From the human T2T-CHM13v2.0 reference genome, Homo sapiens, in NCBI RefSeq assembly GCF_009914755.1, contig NC_060934.1: DNA of 64,000 nucleotides; one strand, given 5' to 3'. The position numbers and the translations under genes were made by a program. Below the pieces are notes generated by a model, which saw only the letters and a list, made by a program, of their open reading frames with translations, searched no databases and was not told the DNA's origin. The first letter of the stretch is position 1. Each line of letters begins with the position of its first letter. Shown here in pieces: positions 28,738-41,700 of this stretch.

Positions 28738-28805
28738 TATTATATATGTATATACACACACATATATATACACACATATACATATATATATATATATATA
28801 TATAT
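28738..28805. repeat. (TA)n/(CATA)n compound microsatellite
   Basis: Directly visible. Confidence 0.93.
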
Positions 28806-28849
28806 TTATGGTTACAATAGTATAATATGGTTATACTATCCACAGTTTT

Positions 28850-29070
28850 CAATGTGTAATTTGGACATTGGCTCAGATAAGTACACGAAGTAAACGGGTC
28901 ATATTTCTATGACCTTAGCTGAATTTCTTAACCTTTCTGAGACTCAATTCCTATATATTTAAAGTGGAGTTAATAACTCAAATTACCTTTTAGGTTTATT
29001 AATGGAATTATGAGACAGCCTGTAGAGTTTGGCCTGTCATTTGGCTTAACAAAGTCATTTAATAAATGTC
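28850..29070 (+). mobile_element. MIR SINE
   Basis: ctatgaccttagctgaatttcttaacctttctgagactcaattcc ... aaagtggagttaataa. Confidence 0.65.
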
Positions 29071-29364
29071 AGAGGAAAAAGGTTTCTTTTTATTTTTGTT
29101 TTTCTTTTTTTTTTAAGAGAAAAGTTTTCATGAAAATAGAGGTCTGTGGAAGCACAGTAATGGGCCATTTCTTGCGCAGGGAGGGCATGAATGGGATTCA
29201 GTTCTGGAGAGCCAGGGCAACCCTCCAAGGACATGATAAATACTCTAAAAGGAAATGGCAGAAAAAGCAGGCTCTCTTCTGTCAGATTTGTAACTAAGCC
29301 ATCCCTGCCAACCTCATTTACACAAAGGTTTAACGTCATGCTAAGCATTGTGTGCAAAATGTGA

Positions 29365-29578
29365 TGTATCACAGTTCCATTGTGGTTAATAATGTGGGCT
29401 TTGGATGCTCTGCTAGGAACGTGCTGAGTGACCATGGCTAGTTACTTAGAGCCTCTTTGTGCCTATTTCTGTGTCTTCCAGAATGAAAAAGGACTTTATT
29501 TGTGTGTGATGTGTGCTTCCCACAAGACCTGTTACCAGGAGTAAGCTCTTAATAAATGGTAACTGCTATGATTACTAT
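29365..29578 (+). mobile_element. MIR SINE (internally deleted)
   Basis: gtggttaataatgtgggctttgga ... gtgaccatggctagttacttagagcctctttgtgcct ... gtaagctcttaataaatggtaactg. Confidence 0.6.
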
Positions 29579-29679
29579 TTTTCTTGTCCTCACAGAGTTT
29601 ACATTAGAGATGGAGGGACAAAGCTAACCTACACAAAATAAAGACCCAAGAGTAGAATAAATAATTAAAGTACAAAATT

Positions 29680-29810
29680 ATTTATTGATTTTATACATAA
29701 ATATTTACTGAGCAGCTACTGTAAATCAGGCGGTGTGCTGATAGCTGGGAGTAGTGTGATGAATTCACTATCTATGCTGTCTGTCACATAAAATTTACAT
29801 TCAGGTGATG
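29680..29810 (-). mobile_element. L2 LINE 3' end
   Basis: aaatatttactgagcagctactgtaaatcaggcggtgtgctg. Confidence 0.6.
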
Positions 29811-30640
29811 CTGATAACTCAAAGATTCTTCAGTCCCTGTTACAGATGAGCCTTATAGTTTCCTACAACAACACACATGCACACATGCATCTGTTTATCT
29901 ATCTATTATCTATTTATTATCTACCTATCTAATCTATCATCTATATATCAAAAAAGGGAGGATTGTTGCTGAAAGCAATATTTTTTCCCTAAAATAATCC
30001 ATATCTCAAATAAGCAGAAATATTTATGAAGGTGATTATTAGCTCTAGTTCATCCCTTTTCTAGTTAATGTAATTTATGAAACTTGTATATCACTGAAGA
30101 CAAGCAGCTGAAGCAAGGACTAATGCTGCAGCACTCCCACTTAATGCTAAGATTTAAAATATCAAGGCCACACTCTGGTATCCATGAGGCTTAATATGCC
30201 TCCATGGATATACAACAGCACAAGTGACTAGTATGGATTCCTACCTTTGTGATGGATGTCAAACCTGTGCCTATAACTTGGAGGCCTCCCTCTCTGACCA
30301 AGCACCTGCTATAGATGATACGACCCTAAGGGCTTGAGAGGAAGGAAAAACAAATCACTCTTTCCCCTACTACTTTTTGGCTACTTACACTGCTGTCTCC
30401 CTTCCCTGATTTTTAAAATCTTGTTTAAGGATTGGATAAAAGGTGATATCTGCTTCGCAATTTCTTCCAGCCCTACCCCTTGCGTGGTGGTGAGAAAACT
30501 AACAGGTAAATGCTTTTATTATTACTTGACTGAGACTAGAAACCAATAACAATGAAATGCATAATTTTAAGGGTATAACCAAATAACTACTTCTCCAGAG
30601 AGTCAAAAGAGATGGAGGTTGATATTTGATATTATCAGAC

Positions 30641-31000
30641 AATTTTTATTTATTTTTATTTTATTTTTAACTTTTAAGTTCAGGGGTACTCGTGTGGGTT
30701 TGTTACATAGGTAAACTTGTGTCATGGGGGTTAGTTGTACAGATTATTTCATCATCCAGGTATTAAGCCTAGTACTCATTAGTTATTTTTCTTGATCCTC
30801 TCTATCCTCCCACCCTCCATCTTCTGATAGACTCCAATGTGTGTTGTTACCCTCTATGTGTCCATGTGTTCTCATCATTTAGCTCCCACTTAATAAGTGA
30901 GAACATGTAGTATTTAGCTTTCTGTTCGTCTGTTAGTTTGCTAAGGATAATTCACAATAGCAAAGACATGGAATCAACCTAAATGCCTGTCAATGGTAGG
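30641..31000 (-). mobile_element. 5'-truncated L1PA13-16-type element with 5' inversion
   Basis: Antisense L1 3'UTR 30641-30950 then sense ORF2-end fragment ttcacaatagcaaagacatggaatcaacctaaatg (30951-31000); degenerate TSD agacaatttttattta / aggcaatatttattta. Confidence 0.88.
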
Positions 31001-31729
31001 CAATATTTATTTACTTTAAGGACATTTATTATATAATTAACAGATCTTTTGAAATAAAGTCACGAGATATCTGCCATTCCTTTTAGAGATTGAAAGAAAA
31101 GTATTCAATTCTGCAAAGCCCTGAAAATAGTCCACCATTCAAAGTCAGCCTCAAAGCCTATTGTCATGACTATAACATTTTCTTCATCATCATCATCATC
31201 ATCCTTTTCCTCCTCCTCATCGTCATTATCTTTCTCCTCAATTGATTAAACCTCTTTGCTATAGAATCCAATCCATTTTGAATTCTGTTGATGGGGACTG
31301 GATCATCTCTAGTATAGTGGACACTTATCCTGAAGAAAGAAACAGGACCCTGTGGCCCAGGCTGAACTCTGGATGAACTTCATCTCCAAGAGGGTTGCAG
31401 AATCCCCTTCTAGCTCCTAGCCTTCTCAGAGCTTGGGGCAGCAGAGAAAGAAAGTCAGCACTAAAGGCTGTGTTTAGACAAGATGCCACCACTCTAAACA
31501 AGAGTTTTACACAACAGACTGTTGTCTTAAAAAGGTTACGTTATCTAAAGAGACATTGCATTTTGGTAGATAAGAGGACTATTTTCATTGTCAGAATATA
31601 TCTGATGAGAAAAACCCAGAGAAGCTTTGGAAGTGGGAGAACAACATCCATTCATCAGTCTTCTTATACCTGTTAAGCTAGTAGCTTCAAAAATGCTGTC
31701 CTTTATTTTCAAAGATGACTTCTCATTGT

Positions 31730-31880
31730 ATATATTTTCCCATTTACAGACAATTAAATTGACATTCAGAGACATTAAGGACTTGTCCAAGGCCACAAAG
31801 CCAATAACTAGCAGACAAATAATTCAAAGTCAGGTCTGACTCCTGTCCTAATGTTCTTTCCACCCTACCATGTGCCTCCA
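31730..31880 (-). mobile_element. MIR SINE fragment
   Basis: cccatttacagaca ... cagagacattaaggacttgtccaaggccaca ... caggtctgactcc. Confidence 0.7.
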
Positions 31881-33194
31881 AAGACTTGCACACTGGCTCT
31901 AGCTCTGACTGAATAGCGACAGACACCATTTTATTCAGGACACAATTTTTCTCTAGAATCTCTGTTCCGTGAATAAAAGCAATGATTGGGCTAATGGAGT
32001 GCCAAGATTTCTTCACGCAATGAGGTCTTCACCATTTGGCCCAAAGTTTCAGTGCTGTGAGTGCTCAACAGGAAGGAAGTTAAGCTCAACCTACGCAGGG
32101 CCCCAAACTATCACCCATTATGAAAATTAGAACTGCCCTCAGAACTTTTAACCCCATAAGAAATGCTGAGGAAATGTACATAAGCCTACTATAAGCTTGG
32201 CTGGATCAAGTTGGGCTGGTGACACCAGACAACAGGATGTATTGAGGACATGGAGATTTTTCTGAAAACACAAGGAGCCTATGAGATTGTCCTATCCTTC
32301 AATCCTGATGTTTTAGATACCCTTCAGCCTGGGAATAGAAGAATTGCTCAGGAGGTATTTAGATATCTGTATTCATTTAAGACAATTTAAGGCACTGTCC
32401 TTTGGCATAAGCAAGAACCTGTAGGCTCAAAGAGTCATAACACCAACTATGAGCCATGTAGATAAGTCACTCAACCTGGTTAGGCTTCAGTTTCCTCGTC
32501 TGAGTGCCTGCTCTTCTCATTTCGATGTACAGGAGTCTAGTGATAAACATGAACGTATCTCAACATGCAAGCTTTGGGTGAAAAATTACAAAGGAAAATA
32601 TGACCAAATTGAAGAATAAATAAGAATGGTTAAATGGTTGCTTGCTTTGATAATTTAAGCTTGCTCGGAGTAATATTCTCACTATATCTGTATCTATATA
32701 CTTTCCTATGTTTATGTGGATATCATCTACATCATATTTATCTGGACAAAGAACGAGAAAGAGAGAAACCATATTTTTTGAGAGTTATTTTACATGTGTT
32801 TATAATTCTTACTTTGACCCTAAAACACAAATCAGAATCAACTGAAATGCTTATTTAAAAAGCTGATTTTCAACCAGATCTATTGAATTGGTGTCCTGAG
32901 TCAAAGGAATATGCAACTTAAATAATTACCCATGTGATTCTTACATGGGTAAAAATCTATGATTCTGATTCTAGATGTCCCACAGAGCTCACTTTGGGAA
33001 ATGTTACAGCACTACCTACTTTACATGCTGTCCTTAGAAAATCAGGGAATATCAACATTTGGTCTGGCAAAAGCAGTTCATAAGTCTATGTCTATAGAAT
33101 CAGGAAAAGCCTAGCAGCTCAGAACATTCCCTTTGGTGTAGTCAGCAATACCAGAGTTCTTAAGCCCTGAGACTTTCTATTGAGACAATACAAA

Positions 33195-33410
33195 ATTTAG
33201 TGGTAAGGCAGCATGAACTCTGGAATTGGACAGTCTAAGACTGAATGCCAGGTTTAACAGTAATTTTCTGGGTGACCATGGAAGTGAGACTTACCTGCTT
33301 CATCTGTAAAATAGGTTAATAAGCCAATCCAACTCTGTGTTTTTATGAATACATGAAATATATTAAGATGCTTGATGTAGTGTTTGGCACAGAACTTGAG
33401 AAATGTTAGC
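33195..33410 (+). mobile_element. MIR SINE
   Basis: agtggtaaggcagcatgaactctggaattggacag ... cttcatctgtaaaatagg ... gtgtttggcacaga. Confidence 0.7.
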
Positions 33411-33519
33411 CAGCTAGGAAAACCAGGCTTTTATGTCATATATTTATTCCTGGTCACATCTGAAGAACATGCCAATGTAAATAAGGATAATTATCTTAGA
33501 AGAACAAATAAAAGTATAT

Positions 33520-34310
<791 letters not shown>

Positions 34311-35249
34311 TTAAGATCATTAATATAAATATCTATAATAAACATCAGTCAAATTGAAAATATAGCTGTAAATAGGTGAGGGAACCATAATCTCATAGTC
34401 TAATGTAGACCTAATCTAGGAAAAATATTTTTTTCATGGAATGTATGCATGTGCCTCTGACTCCCTTTACTGCCAATATACTAAACATATTTATGAGAGT
34501 GACCTGGTGCTTTCATTATCAACATGATTCAGATTGTTCTGTATCAGAAGATTCACAACCAGGAGATGAGAGGTGGATTCTCCTCCCCATCCCTTCCTAG
34601 CTGCCTCTTCCTCCTTCTTCTCATCATCACTGTATATCAGACCCAGGTGTAAGCATTTTAAATTTTTAAATTTAAATTATTAATTATTTGTTATTGCCCT
34701 ATTTTGCTGATACGCAACTGAGACTTCAAATACTGTTCATGTGTACAGAGGCAAACTAAAGAGGCAACTTCTTAATCTTTGCTGCTGCTGCTTATTATCA
34801 GTGTTTACTCTACTTATTCGGTGTCTTTTGCCAGAGCACAGTGAAGGGAAAACCTATGACACTGCATGCATGTACAGATTGAGCTTTGGTCGGTGACTAG
34901 TGATGCCTTCTCTGATCCCTTCTGCCAGGAGAGCTGGACATTAGGGGTGGTCCATGATGATAGTCATCTCTACATCATTAAGCATATCTCAGTTTGTCAT
35001 TGTCAAAGCCCTACTAAGAGCACATTATGCTTTAGGAGAACAATGAATTTTGCCTGATAATAAAGAACAGGAATTAGATATATTCTCCCAGAGACATAAA
35101 AGGATTAATGATATTAAGTAGGCCCCAAAATGCATAGATGTACATGTTCTTCAGTTATTCCTTTGTAGTTTTATGTTGAATTGTGAATTGGAGCCACACT
35201 ACATGTACCATTCAGGTCTCTGCTTAACATAGTCTTCTCATGAGCAACT

Positions 35250-35750
35250 TTCTATATTTAATGGTTGAGTATATATTTACATGGTTTAAATATGTGAAAA
35301 TATGTATATAAAAATCTTAAAACTGTATGGAGAACAGACTCAGTTTTTTCCTTGTTCACTTAGATTCTACTCTCTTCTTCATAGAAAACCAACCACTTTT
35401 ATCTGTTTCTTAGACATCTTTTTTTGTTGTTTTTTACAAAAATATAAACAAATATAAATTGTTACTACATCTTTTTCTAAACAAAATTTGCCTGCCATGT
35501 CTATTATTCCCAGTTTTTATTTAGATATATCTATTACAGCTCCTTCATTATGTCCATGGGTCCATGGAAAGCTTCCTCATTCATTTTGCAGATGCTTGAA
35601 ATTCTAACAAAGAGATTAATTATAATTCATTTAACCAGCCCTTTGTTAATGGATAATGTGATTTTGTTGTTTTAATTATGTGGCTATTACAAGCAATGCT
35701 GTCATTGAATTCCTTGTGTGTATACAGACAGACATATAATTTCACATAAG
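35250..35750 (-). mobile_element. Old L1ME-type 3' fragment
   Basis: cttcctcattcattttgcagatgct ... ttataattcatttaaccagccct ... gctattacaagcaatgctg. Confidence 0.5.
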
Positions 35751-35764
35751 TGAAATTAAATCAA

Positions 35765-38700
35765 TTTTAAAAATTTTTATTTATATTTTTCATTTTTGTG
35801 GGAATATAGTAGGTTTATATATTAATGGGTTTCAAGAGATGTTTTGATACAGGCATGCAATGTGAAATAAGCATATCATGGAGAATGCGGTATCAATCCA
35901 CTCAAGGATTTATCCTTAAGAGTTACAAACAATCCAGTAAAGCCCTTCGAGTCATGTTAAAATGTACCATCAAGTTATTATTGACTGTAGTCATCCTGTT
36001 GTGCTAGGTCTTATTCATTCCTTCTATATTTTGTACCTATTAACCATCCCCACCTCACCCCACCCCCACCATCACACCCAACTACCTTTAGCCCGGCCTA
36101 TGGTAACCATCTTTCTACTCTCCATGTCCATGAGTTCAATTGTTTTCAATTTTAGATCCCACAAATAAGTGAGAAGGTGTGATGTTTGTCTTTCTGTGCC
36201 TGGCTTATTTCACTTAAACGTAATGATCTCCAGTTCCAGTCATGTTGTTGCATCTGACTGGATTTTGTTATTTCTTATGGCTGAATAGTACTCCATTGTG
36301 TATATGTACCACATTTTCTTTATTCATTCATCTGTTGGCAGACACTTAGGTTGCTTCCAAATCCTAGCTATTGTAAATAGTGCTGCAATAAACATGGGAG
36401 AGCAGTTACCTCTTAGATATACTGATTTCCTTACTTTTGGGTATATACCCAGCAGTAGGATTGCTGGATCTTATGGTAGCTCTATTTTTAATTTGTTGAG
36501 GAACCTCCAAACTGTTCTCTATAGTGGTTGTAATAATTTACATTCCCACCAACAGTGTCCAAGAGTTTCCTTTCCTCCACATCCTCACTAGCATTTGTTA
36601 TTGCCTGTCTTTCGGATATAAGCAATTTTAACTTGGGTGAGATTATCTCATTGTAGTTTTGATTTGCATTTCTCTGATGATAAGTGATGTTGAGCACTGT
36701 TTCCTATGCCTGTTTGCCATTTGTTTGCCTTCTTTTGAGAAATGTCCATTAAATCTTTTGGCATATTTTGATCGGATTATTCATTTTTTTCCTATAAAGT
36801 TGTTGGAGCTCCATATATGTTCCGATTTTTAATCCCTTGTCAGATAGGTAGTTTGCAAATATTTTCTCCCATTCTGTGGGTTGTCTCTTTACCTTGTTGA
36901 TTGTATTCTTTGCTGCTGTGCAGAAGCTTTTTAACTTGATGTAATCCCATTTGCCTATTTTTGCTTTGCTTCCCCATGCTTGGTGCTTGTCGGGTATTGC
37001 TCAATAAATCTTTGTTCAGACAAATGTTCTGGAGATTTTCTGCTCTGCAATGTTTTCTTGAAGGAGTTTCATAGTTTGAGGTCTTAGATTTAAGTCCTTA
37101 ATCCATTTTGTTTGATTTTTGTGTATGGTGAGAAATAGGGGTCCAGTTTCATTCTTCTGCATATGGATTTACAGTTTCCCAGAACAATTTATTGAAGAGA
37201 CTGTCTTTTCCCCAGTGTATACTCTTGGCACCTTGTGAAAAATGAGTTCAGTGTAAGTGTATAGATTTATTTCTGGCTTCTCTATTCTGTTCCATTGGTC
37301 TATGTGTCTGTTTTTATGCCAGTGCCATGCTTTTTGATTACTATAGCTATGTAGTATAATTTGAAGTCAGGTAATATGATTCTTTCAGTTTTGTTCTTTT
37401 TGGTTAGAATACCTCGGGCTATACTGGGTCGTTTGTGGTTCCATATAAATTTTAGAATTTTCCTTATTTCTGTGAAGAATGTCTTTGGTATTTTGATAGG
37501 GATTGCATTGAATCTTTACTTTTTTTGGTAGTATGAACATTTTAACAATATTGATTCTTCTAATTCAAGAATATGGAATATTTTTCCATTTTTTGGTGTC
37601 ATATTCAATCTCTCTCATCAGTGTTCTGTATTTTTCATCATAGAGAACTTTCACTTCTTTGGTTAATTTCCAGCTTTTTAATTTTATGTGTGCTGATTGT
37701 AATTGAGATTAGTTTTTTATTTCTTTTTCACATTGTTCTCTGTTGGCGTATAGAAACGCTACTGCTTTTTGTATGTTGATTTTGTATCCTGCAATTGTGC
37801 TGAATTTGTTTATCAGTTCTAATAGTTTTGTAGTGGAGTCTTTAGGTTTTCTCAAACATAAGATAATATCGTATGCAAACAAGAATTTGGCTTCTTCCTT
37901 TCCAATTTTGATGCTCTTTATAGCTTTCTCTTATGATTGTTCTAGCTACAACTTCCAGTATTATGTTAAATAACAGTAGTGACAGTGGGCATACTTGTTC
38001 TGTTCCAGATCTTACAGGAAACGCCTTCAGTTTTTTCTGGTTCAATATGATGCTAGCTGTTGGTCTGTCGTATATGGCTTTATTATGTTGAGTTATGTTC
38101 CTTCTATCTCCAGTTTTTTAAGAGTTTTTATCATGAAGGGATATTATATCATACCTTTTCAGCATCAATTGAAATAATATGGTTTTTATCTTTCATTCTA
38201 TTTATATGACTTATTACACTGATTGATTTGTGTATATTGAACCATCCTGGCATCACAGGGATAAATCCCCTTCTATCATAATGTTATCTTTCTAATATAT
38301 TGTTGAGCTTGGTTTGGTATTTTGTTGAGAATTTATGCATCAATATTCATCAGAGATATTGGCCTGTAGTTTTCTTTTTTTGATTTTTTTTTTTTATATC
38401 GGGCTAATACATTGTCTGCTTTTTGGTATCAGAGTAATACAAACCTCATAGAATGAGTTTGAAATTATTCCCTCCTCCTCCATTTTTTGGGGGTAGATTG
38501 AGTAGAATTGGTATTAGTCCTTCTTTAAATGTTTGGTAGAATTCAGCAGTGAAACATCAAGTCCTTGGCTTTTTTTATTTTTTACTGGGAGAGTTTATTA
38601 CAACTGTGGTCTCATTACTTGTTATTAGTCCGTTTAGGTTTTGAATTTCTTTCTGGTTCAATCTTGATAGGTTGTACTTCTATAGACATTTGCCCTTTTC

Positions 38701-41700
38701 TTCTAAATTTTCCATTTTTTTGGCATATAGTTGCTCATAGCAGCCATTAATGATCATTCGAATTTCTGCAGTAACAGTTATAATATCTTTTCATTTCTGA
38801 TTTTATGTATTTGGATCTTCTCTCTTTTTTTCTTAGTCTCGCTAAAGGTTTGTTAATTTTGTTTAATTTAAAAAAAAAACAACTTTTTGTTTCATTGATC
38901 TTGTGTATTGATTTCTTCATTTCAGTTTTTCTACTCAGATCTTTATTATTTCTCTAATTTGGGGTTTGTTTTGCTCTTGCTTTTCTAGTTCTTTAGGATG
39001 CATTATTAGATTGTTTATTTGCAATTATTCCTCTTTTTTGCTGTGGGCATTTATAGCTATAAATTTCCTCTTAGTAACGGTTTTGCTGTATTCCATAGGT
39101 TTTAGTATATTGTGTTTCCATTATGATTTGTTTCAAGAAGTTTTTCAATTTTCTTCTTAATTTCTTCATAGACCCACTGGTCATTCAGGAGCATATTGTT
39201 TAATTTCCATGTATGTGTATAGTTTCCATAATTTCTCTTGTTATTGGTTTACAGTTTTATTCCATTGTGGTCAGAGATGTTTGATATTATTTCAGTGTTT
39301 TAAAAATGCTTTAAGACTTGTCTGGGGACCTAATAAATGGTGTGTCCTTGGGAATAATCCATGTGCTGGGGAAAGGAATGTGTATTCTGCAGCTCTTGGA
39401 TCTGTATGCTCTGTAAATTTGTTAGATCCATTTGGTCTACAGTGCAGTTTAAGTCTGGTATCTGTTTGTTGATTTTCTGTTTGGACTATTGGCATGATAC
39501 TCAAAGTGGGGTGTCGAAGTCTCCAGCTATTATTGTATTGGGACCTATCTCTCTCTTTTGCTCTAATAATATTTCCTTTATATATCTGGGTGTTCCAATG
39601 TTGGATGCAAATATATTTAAATTTGTTATATTTTCTTGCTGAATTGACCCCTTTATCATTATACAGTGACCTTATTTGTCTCTTCTTATAGGTCTTGTCT
39701 TTAAATCTATTTTGTCTGATATAGGTATAGCAACTCCTGCTCTTTTTTGGTTTGCATTGGCATGGGATATCTTTTTTTTCCACCTCTTTATGTTCAGTTT
39801 ATATGTGTCTTTATAGGTAAAATGTGTATCTTGTAGGCAACAGGTCAACGGATCTTGTTTTTTTTTTTATCAATTCAGTCAGTTCATGCATTTTGATTGA
39901 AGAGTTTAGTTCATTTTTATTCAGTTTTTATTATTGATAAGTAAGGACTTATTCCTGCCATTTTATTTGTTTTCTAGTTGCTTTGTGGTCTTAGCTTCCT
40001 TCTTTCTTTCCTTCTGGTGTCTTCTAGTGAAGGTCATTTTCTCTGGGGATATGACTTAGTTTCTTGTTTTTTATTTTTTGTGTATCTATTGTTTTTTGGT
40101 TTTAGGTTAACATGAGGCTTGCAAATACAATCTTATAACCTATTATTTTAACCTGATAACAAGTTAACACTATTTGTATAAACAGACACACAAGCAAGCA
40201 AAAAGAAAACTAGTAAAAACTCTATGCCTTAACTTTGTCCCCTGGCTTTTTAACTTTTTGTTGTTTCTATTTATATCTTACTGTACTGACTATGTCTTTA
40301 GAAGTTGTAGTTATTTTTGATTGGCTTATGTTTAGTCTTTCTACTTAGAATGAGAGTACCTTACATGCCACATTTAAAGTGGTGTGATCTTCTGTGTTTT
40401 TCTGTGTACTTATTATTACCAGCGAGTTTTGTACCTTCAGGTGATTACTTCTTGTTCATTAGTATCGTTTTCTTTCTGGTTGAAATACTCCCTTTAGCAT
40501 TTCTTGTAGGACAAATATGGTATTGATGAAAACCCTTAGCTTTTGCTTGTCTGGTTTGAAGGATATATTCACTGGATATACTATTCTAAGGTAAAAGTTT
40601 TCTGTTTGTTTGTTTTTCCTTCAGCACTTTATATATGTCATGCCACTCTCTCCTGGCTTACAATGTTTTCAATGAAAAGCCTGCTGCCAGATATACTGGA
40701 GCTCCATTTTATTAATATGTTATTTTTTTATATTCTCTTACTGCTTTTAGGATTCATTCTTTATCACTGACCTTTGGGAGTTTGATTATTAAAAGCCTTC
40801 AGGTAGTCTTCTTTGGTTTAAATCTGCTTGGTGTTCTATAACCTTCTTGTAATTGGATATTGATGTCTTTCTCTAGATTTGAGAAGTTCTCTGTTATTCT
40901 CCCTTTTAGTAAACTTTCTACCCCTATCTCTTTCTCTACCTGCTGTGTAAGGTCAATAGCTCTTAGATTTGCCCATTTGAGGATATTTTCTAGATCCTGT
41001 AGGTGTGCTTCATCTTTCTTTATTGTTTTTTTGTCTCCTCTGACTGTGTATTTTCAAATAGTCTGTCTTTAATCTCACTAATTGTTTCTTCTACTTGATC
41101 CACTCTGCTTTTAAAGGACTTTGATGCATTCTTCAGTATGCCAATTGCATTTTTCATCTCCAGAATTTCCCTTTGATTCCTTTTAATTATATCAATCTCT
41201 TTACCATTATATAATGTCCTTCTTTGTCTCTTTTGATTATTATTGGTTTAAAGTCTGTTTTATCAGAGACTAGGATTGTAACTCCTGCTTTTTTTGCTTT
41301 CCATTTGCTTGGTAAATCTTCCTCCATCCATTTATTTTGAGCCTATGTGTGTCTTTGTATGTGAGATGGGTCTCCTGAATACAGCACACTGATGAGTCTT
41401 GACTCTTTATGCAATTTGCCAGTCTGTGTCTTTTAAATGGGGGCATTTAGCCTGTTTACAGTTAAGGCTAGTATTGTTATGTGTGAATTTGATCCTGTCA
41501 TTATGATGCTACCTGGTCATTTTGTCCATTAGTTGATGCAGTTTCTTCATAGTGTTGATGATCTTTACAGTTTGGTATGTTTTTGCAGTGGCTGGTACTG
41601 GTTGTTCTTTTCCATGTTTAGTGCTTCCTTCAGGAGCTCTTGTAAGGCAGGCTTGGTGGCGACAGAATCTCTCAGCATTGCTTGTCTGTAAAGGATTTTA

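Noticed and set aside
32926-32952. 10-bp hairpin TTACCCATGT-7nt-ACATGGGTAA
   Set aside because: Isolated short stem, probably within a decayed MER5-like DNA transposon fragment; no supporting context.
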